Positions 57,972 to 64,000 of a stretch of 64,000 nt of DNA are shown one piece after another. Origin of the DNA: an uncultured virus (IMG/VR IMGVR_UViG_3300026479_000007) (lineage: Duplodnaviria > Heunggongvirae > Uroviricota > Caudoviricetes). The notes beneath the pieces were generated by a model, which saw nothing but the letters and a program-made list of their open reading frames with translations, was not told the origin of the DNA and searched no databases. Within the stretch, counting starts at the first letter, position 1; the number at the start of each line of letters is the position of its first letter. The DNA lies in IMG/VR virus record IMGVR_UViG_3300026479_000007, positions 1-64,000 of that record; one strand, given 5' to 3'. The position numbers and the translations under genes are program-made.

Positions 57972-58607
57972 TTATTTGACATTTTTACTTATAAACAATT
58001 CTACCACTTTATCTCTTTGTTCTTGTGTTTTAGAATTATACCATAACCACAAATAAGACATTTCTATATTTTGTAGTTCTTTTTTCTTTTCTTTAATTGC
58101 TAAAGTTATACTTCCTATATCATCTTCTTCTAAATCAATTTCAATATCTAATTTAGAACAAATAAATATTAGGGCTACTATATCGTTTTTTTCATATGCA
58201 GAAGTTGCTTCTTTATATAAATCTATATACTTTTCTGTTTTGTCTTTGTCTGGGTGGGTTTTTTTTACAATTTCTCTGTATATTTTTTTAACTTTAGGTG
58301 ATTTTTCTTTTTTGTTTGAATCATTTGTTATTTCGTCTTCACTATTAGAGTTTTGTTTATTATCTTCTGCTTCATTCCCTTCTTCACCTTTACTTCCTTC
58401 TTCCTTTTTATTGTTATTGTTATCATTTTCTGGAGTGTACGGTTCATCTTTTATTAAACCTAAATCAACTCTTTTATTATGAACTTCTTTAAGGAAATCA
58501 GATTTAGTTTCAGAAACAACTTCTTGTTTATAAGTTTCATCTGTCAACAAATAATTATACTCTTGAATCAATTTTTTTAATTCTAACTTTTTAACTTTCT
58601 TTTTCAT
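57972..58607 (-). CDS. J-domain (DnaJ-like) protein
   Basis: KKIYREIVKKTHPDK...LYKEATSAYE. Confidence 0.8.
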   Translation of the reverse strand: MKKKVKKLELKKLIQEYNYLLTDETYKQEVVSETKSDFLKEVHNKRVDLGLIKDEPYTPENDNNNNKKEEGSKGEEGNEAEDNKQNSNSEDEITNDSNKKEKSPKVKKIYREIVKKTHPDKDKTEKYIDLYKEATSAYEKNDIVALIFICSKLDIEIDLEEDDIGSITLAIKEKKKELQNIEMSYLWLWYNSKTQEQRDKVVELFISKNVK

Positions 58608-58651
58608 ATATATAAATATTAAAATATATTCTTAAAAAGAAAAAAAATATT

Positions 58652-59530
58652 TTATTTTAAACCTTGAGTTATTGTTTGAAAATCTTGATTGAAATTTATA
58701 TTGTCTCTTATTTGACGAATATCTATACTACCTTGAGAGAACTGTTTTTTCTGTGTAAATAAATTATATTGTCTATAAATATTATTATTTTCATCATAAT
58801 ATGTTAATGTACCAGTTTCATTATCTCTAGTGGTATTACCATAAAGAGCATAAGATAAAGTTTGAACATCATGTTCTACCATTTCAACTTCTATTGAAAT
58901 AGGGTCAAAATAAGTGTTAGACAATAAAATAACCTGTCCAGCATCTCCTAAATTAGCTGCACCACCCCCAGAAACTATACTTCCTTCATCAGGCGTTAAG
59001 GTTAAAAATAAATTACTTCCAGTGCTATCTAAATTATAAGTTGTAGCACCCCTATTAACAGTTGTTGTATTTACAGAAGGACTTACTAAATCGCTACTTG
59101 TTATTATTCTATTTAAATTTTTTATCTTTCTCCCATCAGCACCTATATATTCAACAGACCAACCAACTAGTCCATTAGTTTTTCTAAATTGTGCCGCAGG
59201 TATAACTACACCTTTTTTGGATAATTGCACACCAGTCTCATCTTCTGTAACTACATATGAACAATCTCTTATTGTAACTTGAAAAGTTTTAGGTTTTATC
59301 ATTAAGGAGTAAAAACCTATTTTATTAAAAATATCGGCAGGCAATCTTAACTTATACATACCATCAACTCCAATCATTTTAAGTAAATCACTTTCATTAA
59401 TAGCATTATATAAAGGTTTAAAAGTAACTTCTCCTAAATCTTCTCTACTAGGACTATATGCATATAAAACATCTACATCATCTGATGTTATGTCTGCCAA
59501 CTTTTTCGTACCGTATATACCTACACTCAT
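58652..59530 (-). CDS. Probable virion structural protein
   Basis: Beta-rich composition, TATTTAT upstream, structural neighbourhood. Confidence 0.5.
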   Translation of the reverse strand: MSVGIYGTKKLADITSDDVDVLYAYSPSREDLGEVTFKPLYNAINESDLLKMIGVDGMYKLRLPADIFNKIGFYSLMIKPKTFQVTIRDCSYVVTEDETGVQLSKKGVVIPAAQFRKTNGLVGWSVEYIGADGRKIKNLNRIITSSDLVSPSVNTTTVNRGATTYNLDSTGSNLFLTLTPDEGSIVSGGGAANLGDAGQVILLSNTYFDPISIEVEMVEHDVQTLSYALYGNTTRDNETGTLTYYDENNNIYRQYNLFTQKKQFSQGSIDIRQIRDNINFNQDFQTITQGLK

Positions 59531-59590
59531 AAATTATCGTTTAATATAAATATAATAAATTAAAAATATTTTTAAAGTTTTATTAAATTG

Positions 59591-60421
59591 TTAATTTGTT
59601 TTTCTATTCAATTTAGCTCTTTCTAAATCAGCAACTTTTCTAGCTTGTATTGCTTTGTTATTTAGAGTTGCAAATTCGATGCTATTCTTGTCTTTTACAG
59701 CTTCTGCTTGTTGTTCGAATTTTAAAGCTATATTTTCAAAATCTTGAACTCTTATTTCTTCAGTATTTTCTGGACTTGTAATCCATTTTTTTGTATTTTT
59801 TTCATTTGTCCAAAACTCAAATGGATTAACTTTATCATTTAAATTTACAAAAGAATTTTTATAGACAATATCATCTTCCTTATAATCTTTGATATAATTT
59901 GAATAATCATTATTGCCTATAAGGCTTTTATTTAAATCAACTTTAAAATCAATATAGTAATCTTTATATTCTGTATTAGCACTTAAAGACTCAAATAATA
60001 AAGATTTATTTTCAAAAGACATTCTTTGATTACTTAAAAAGTCGTAATTATTATTTTGATAATATATAACCTCTGTATCTTTTATTGCATCAGTTATTAA
60101 TGCTGGATTTGCTTCAGAGTTAAATCTAATTTCTTCATTATAAAAATCATTAAGTATTGGAGCTACTTTTTTTGGTTTATAAAATATTTCATTAAATTCT
60201 AATTCATTAGTATATTCTCTAAGGTATTTTTTGAATTTTTCGACAACAACAGAATTGTTGGGGTCTTCTAAAAATTGTTGAACATTAAACTCATCAACCA
60301 AAACTCCTTGTTCAACTTTAGAATTATCATAAACTAAATAACCATTTGTAACGCTAAAGTTATTTTCTATTGTAGCATCTGATAGATTTACTGGTTTTAT
60401 TACTATTTTATACTTTAACAT
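59591..60421 (-). CDS. Hypothetical protein, probably structural
   Basis: Operon context. Confidence 0.5.
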   Translation of the reverse strand: MLKYKIVIKPVNLSDATIENNFSVTNGYLVYDNSKVEQGVLVDEFNVQQFLEDPNNSVVVEKFKKYLREYTNELEFNEIFYKPKKVAPILNDFYNEEIRFNSEANPALITDAIKDTEVIYYQNNNYDFLSNQRMSFENKSLLFESLSANTEYKDYYIDFKVDLNKSLIGNNDYSNYIKDYKEDDIVYKNSFVNLNDKVNPFEFWTNEKNTKKWITSPENTEEIRVQDFENIALKFEQQAEAVKDKNSIEFATLNNKAIQARKVADLERAKLNRKTN

Positions 60422-60423
60422 TT

Positions 60424-60744
60424 TTATTTATTAATATCTATTCCGTAATTTTGAGCTTTAATTTGTATGGAATTGTCGGAACTTGTATTTGAACTCAATA
60501 CTGATTCTACATTTTCAAAAAAACCTAATTCTATAAAAAAAGGATTTATAAATTGTCTTTCCATAGTAGCTCTTGACGGGTCAATGTCAACATTTACATA
60601 TCCCTCTAAATTATGTGTCTTGTATACTGGGATATTTATATAAAAGTCTTTATCATAAGCATCTGAAATTAAACCAGTACTAGTTTTTATTCCCCCAAAA
60701 GGAGTGACATTTAATCTTATTTTATATTGATAAGTCTCTTTCAT
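60424..60744 (-). CDS. Hypothetical protein
   Basis: Operon context. Confidence 0.5.
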   Translation of the reverse strand: MKETYQYKIRLNVTPFGGIKTSTGLISDAYDKDFYINIPVYKTHNLEGYVNVDIDPSRATMERQFINPFFIELGFFENVESVLSSNTSSDNSIQIKAQNYGIDINK

Positions 60745-60762
60745 ATATATAAATATATCTCA

Positions 60763-63090
60763 CTAATAATTATTTAATGGTTCTACTGGCATTAATGTAT
60801 AATTACTACCATCTACTTCTTTAAAATAAGTATATTTTATAGGATTTTCTTCAAATTTAATATTATTAACTTTAGTAACTGCTGATGTTTTGCTAAATAA
60901 TTTACTTAATATTAATAAACCATTTATTTTGCAATCTATAGAGAAACTACTAATTTCATCTGAAGGAGTAAAAAAGTTAGGTATTTCAAAGGTTGGATAT
61001 TTACTAATAAAATTCAATATACTATTTGCTGTGGAAGTTATTTTATTTTCATCAAATTTATTATTCAAAAATGTAAACGTATTTTTTTTATAATAACCTG
61101 CATCTCTTAATTTTTGCTTAATTACAGTTAAATTATCACTTGTGTTAATCTTAGCGTTATTGATTATATCATAAATTGCCTTTTCACTTTTTAAATCACC
61201 ATTTAAATCTAATCTAGTTTTTATTTTTAAAATTTCTGAAGTTAAATAATAAGTTTTACCAGAAAAATCAAGTGAAGAATCTAATGCTTGAGAATCTATA
61301 TTAACATCTGCGAAAGTTATGTAATCATTTTTTATAACTTGTATTTTAGAAGAATCTTCTATATCTGTTATTACAAACTTATATTTTGATTTTTCATAAA
61401 AAACATTTTGTTTATCAAAAGAATAATTAGAAGGTAATGTAAACTCAAAGTTTTGAAATCCATCACTTGAACTTATACTTGTAACAACCTCCCCAGGATT
61501 AATTAATTTATTATCATATAAAACAATTTCTCCTTCGTTTATAATATTAATTTTATAAGTAAAGTTGTTAGTTACATTATATTGAGAATACAGATTCGTA
61601 TTAGCAAAAGATATTGGAGCCCCCACTAATTTAGGACTAGGGTATGACAATCTAAATATACCTTGACCTCTTAAAGGGTCATTATCTATTTTGTATGTAG
61701 TATATCTTTTTACTGATTTATCTTTTACAGTTAAATTAAGTTGTTTTAAATTATCTTTTACTTTAATATTTTGAGTAGGATTTTCTAATTTAAAAATAGC
61801 TTTTTTATCTAATCCATAATTAAAATATTCTTTTATATCTATTTCTATTTCAAATAAATCTAAACCTTCTTTTAAAAGTATGGTCTTTCTAAATTCTGGG
61901 TCTTCAATAGTACCAGTATTCTCTATGTCCTCTCCTATTATTATTGTACTATTAACATCATCTAAAATTAAATCTATAGTTTGATTAATACCTTTTATTG
62001 GAGTGTCTGCTTCTAATGATATATTCAATTTATCTCCAGAAGTAATTTCAAATTGCTTACTTTCAAACCCTATAGGAGATGGTAAATCATCATTTTTTAT
62101 GATTAATTCAAAATTAGAATTAATATCTTTTTCTGAATATTTTAGATTTTTAATACCAAAAATAATTCTTTCATCTTCCTCCGTAAATAAATCATCTAAA
62201 ACTTGTAGATTAACTTCTTTAAATTGTTCTCCTTTTTCCCATTTTAAAATTTGATTTTCAAAAACAAAATCTTCATTTGGGTCTTTTAAAGTCTCATCTC
62301 TTTCTATATAAATTTCAGCCTCTTCAACCCCATATAAACTAGGCGTTTCTAATTTAGCATAAAACTTTACTTCACCCGTTCTTTCGTTTACAGTTAAATT
62401 ATTTAAATTATCAAATTCAGATTTAACTAGGGATATTTTGAGGGGTTTAGATAGACTAAATTCTTGTTTTATCCAATGAGTTCCATAAAAAAAAGGAAAA
62501 TCATTTTCTACAACTTGTTCATTACCGTCTATATCTATATCAACTGTTTCTGTACCAAAATCAATAAAATTACCTTCAGAATCGAAAAATAAAAATGGTA
62601 TCTCAAAATTGGCAAAAATATTTTTTTCCTCATCAATAATTTTAACTTCTAAAACTTTAGTTTCTCCATAATTATTTATATCAGGGCTAATTTCAAACAA
62701 AAAATTAAAACAACTTTTATTTTTTTTAAATATATTTTTAGATAAATTATTATTTTTTGATAAAGGTGCTGATAACACTTTATGTGTAACAGAAGATTTA
62801 GCATTAGGTTCTATTCTTGGGCTAAACAACAAATCTTCATGATTAGTTTTTATTTCTATCGATAAATTGTTGGTATCAGAAAAGATTGAATTTAAGGTTC
62901 CATATATACAAAATCTCAAAGATTCTCTTCTTTCTTTGTTAAATTGTTCTCTTACATTAAAGTCATTATTAACTAACTCTTTTTTAATTTCATTAGGTGA
63001 ATTATAAATTTCTAAATTTATATAAACATCTTTATTTACTTGAGGAAAAACATCTTTTTCACCTAATAATATTTTTATTTTATCTTTCAT
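60763..63090 (-). CDS. Virion protein with Calx-beta-like domains
   Basis: DF.F....L.W..GEQ.K.V.LQVLDD...EEDE...F pattern, with a second degenerate copy. Confidence 0.6.
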   Translation of the reverse strand: MKDKIKILLGEKDVFPQVNKDVYINLEIYNSPNEIKKELVNNDFNVREQFNKERRESLRFCIYGTLNSIFSDTNNLSIEIKTNHEDLLFSPRIEPNAKSSVTHKVLSAPLSKNNNLSKNIFKKNKSCFNFLFEISPDINNYGETKVLEVKIIDEEKNIFANFEIPFLFFDSEGNFIDFGTETVDIDIDGNEQVVENDFPFFYGTHWIKQEFSLSKPLKISLVKSEFDNLNNLTVNERTGEVKFYAKLETPSLYGVEEAEIYIERDETLKDPNEDFVFENQILKWEKGEQFKEVNLQVLDDLFTEEDERIIFGIKNLKYSEKDINSNFELIIKNDDLPSPIGFESKQFEITSGDKLNISLEADTPIKGINQTIDLILDDVNSTIIIGEDIENTGTIEDPEFRKTILLKEGLDLFEIEIDIKEYFNYGLDKKAIFKLENPTQNIKVKDNLKQLNLTVKDKSVKRYTTYKIDNDPLRGQGIFRLSYPSPKLVGAPISFANTNLYSQYNVTNNFTYKINIINEGEIVLYDNKLINPGEVVTSISSSDGFQNFEFTLPSNYSFDKQNVFYEKSKYKFVITDIEDSSKIQVIKNDYITFADVNIDSQALDSSLDFSGKTYYLTSEILKIKTRLDLNGDLKSEKAIYDIINNAKINTSDNLTVIKQKLRDAGYYKKNTFTFLNNKFDENKITSTANSILNFISKYPTFEIPNFFTPSDEISSFSIDCKINGLLILSKLFSKTSAVTKVNNIKFEENPIKYTYFKEVDGSNYTLMPVEPLNNY

Positions 63091-63105
63091 TAGTTTTTTT
63101 TAAAA

Positions 63106-64000
63106 TTAAACTCTCAAAATTTTAATACCACCATCAGCACAATCATGACCTACTCGTGATGAAGTGAAGCTTAATGCTGATGAAGATTTAGTTTTTTCAA
63201 AAATCAAACCATTAATCTGATATGTGCCTGCTTGATTGAATGTTTTTTTACACTTCTTAACTCCTTTTTTCTTGATTTTTACATTACCTTCAGCACTATA
63301 TACTGTCGTAACTAAATATCTAGTTGGTATTTGAGTTTGTTCACCAGCTGTTAAGGTAAAGTTATAATAATCATAAATTATAGTGTCTACTTTCTTAATT
63401 TCACTATTTTTAAACTTAAATGTATAATTACAAGTATCATAAGAATTTTTTTGAATATCATAATCTAAATTTGAAGTAAATGTAATTTCAGTATAAGATG
63501 CAACATTAAAAGAGATAGATTTTTTTGGTTCAACTTGTCTCTTATCACCATTAACTGTTATTTCAGATTTTATGGCACCATTATTTGTTATTTCAATAAC
63601 AGAATTTTGTGAAATTCTCATTCTATAGTTTTTTTTATTACTTATTCGTAATTCAAGCCTAGAGATAGCCTTTTCTCTATTGGTGTAGATATTTTCAATT
63701 ACAACTTTGCCATACTTTTTAATTGGTGATGGTATTTTTTCTTCTAAAAATTGAGGAGAATCATCTACAATTCTATAAAAATCAATAGCACCTTGTCTTA
63801 ACCATGAAGGAGAAATTGAGCTATCCATTTTTAATAATAAATTTTCACTCTGTCTATAATTTGCACCTATATAAGATTGAGGTATAAGTTTATTGTCTGA
63901 AGATGAATAATTTGAATTAATATCTGAATTTAACATAATATCACCCCAACCTTGATTATTAATTCTACCCCAACCTTCTGGTTTTAACCAATAAGCAAAT
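63106..64000 (-). CDS. 3' part of a probable structural protein; frame open to the window edge
   Basis: No in-frame stop upstream of the 63936 ATG (…WGRINNQGWGDIM…). Confidence 0.55.
   Translation of the reverse strand, partial: FAYWLKPEGWGRINNQGWGDIMLNSDINSNYSSSDNKLIPQSYIGANYRQSENLLLKMDSSISPSWLRQGAIDFYRIVDDSPQFLEEKIPSPIKKYGKVVIENIYTNREKAISRLELRISNKKNYRMRISQNSVIEITNNGAIKSEITVNGDKRQVEPKKSISFNVASYTEITFTSNLDYDIQKNSYDTCNYTFKFKNSEIKKVDTIIYDYYNFTLTAGEQTQIPTRYLVTTVYSAEGNVKIKKKGVKKCKKTFNQAGTYQINGLIFEKTKSSSALSFTSSRVGHDCADGGIKILRV

Noticed and set aside
387..62254. Short ORF-track entries overlapping larger genes (e.g. 387-590, 2191-2451, 7065-7394, 22380-22973, 37125-37316, 38058-38276, 62003-62254)
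   Set aside because: Antisense or off-frame shadows with no recognisable motifs or leaders

Overview
This window is 64 kb of a very AT-rich jumbo (myovirus-like) phage genome in the standard genetic code. The host is probably Bacteroidota, judged from TAnnTTTG promoters, A-rich leaders without Shine-Dalgarno sequences, and BspA/LamG adhesins. 1-21.6 kb holds small genes, many sharing short amphipathic tags and I/L-x-E linkers typical of packaged, protease-matured internal head proteins. This part includes a four-domain ParB/kinase/ART/WYL protein, a lysozyme, GH16, HNH, SNF2 helicase, amidase, tRNA-Ala, and a minus-strand tRNA operon (Glu, Met, Arg, Ile2, Asn) interleaved with several structured non-tRNA elements. 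21.6-26.8 kb holds a fused SbcD-SbcC, a primase and a RuvC-like resolvase. 26.9-45 kb holds baseplate and fibre genes. 45-54.2 kb is a modular adhesin array: three BspA-LRR and two LamG genes with small acidic partners, a shared N-terminal peptide and an ATAACAAAT box at -30. 54.5-58.6 kb holds a DUF2827-like protein, a 281-aa editing-less AlaRS, a DOT1-like methyltransferase, a PrsW protease and a J-domain protein. 58.6-64 kb holds further structural genes. Three promoter classes are visible. All family calls come from motif recognition by eye; no database search was run.
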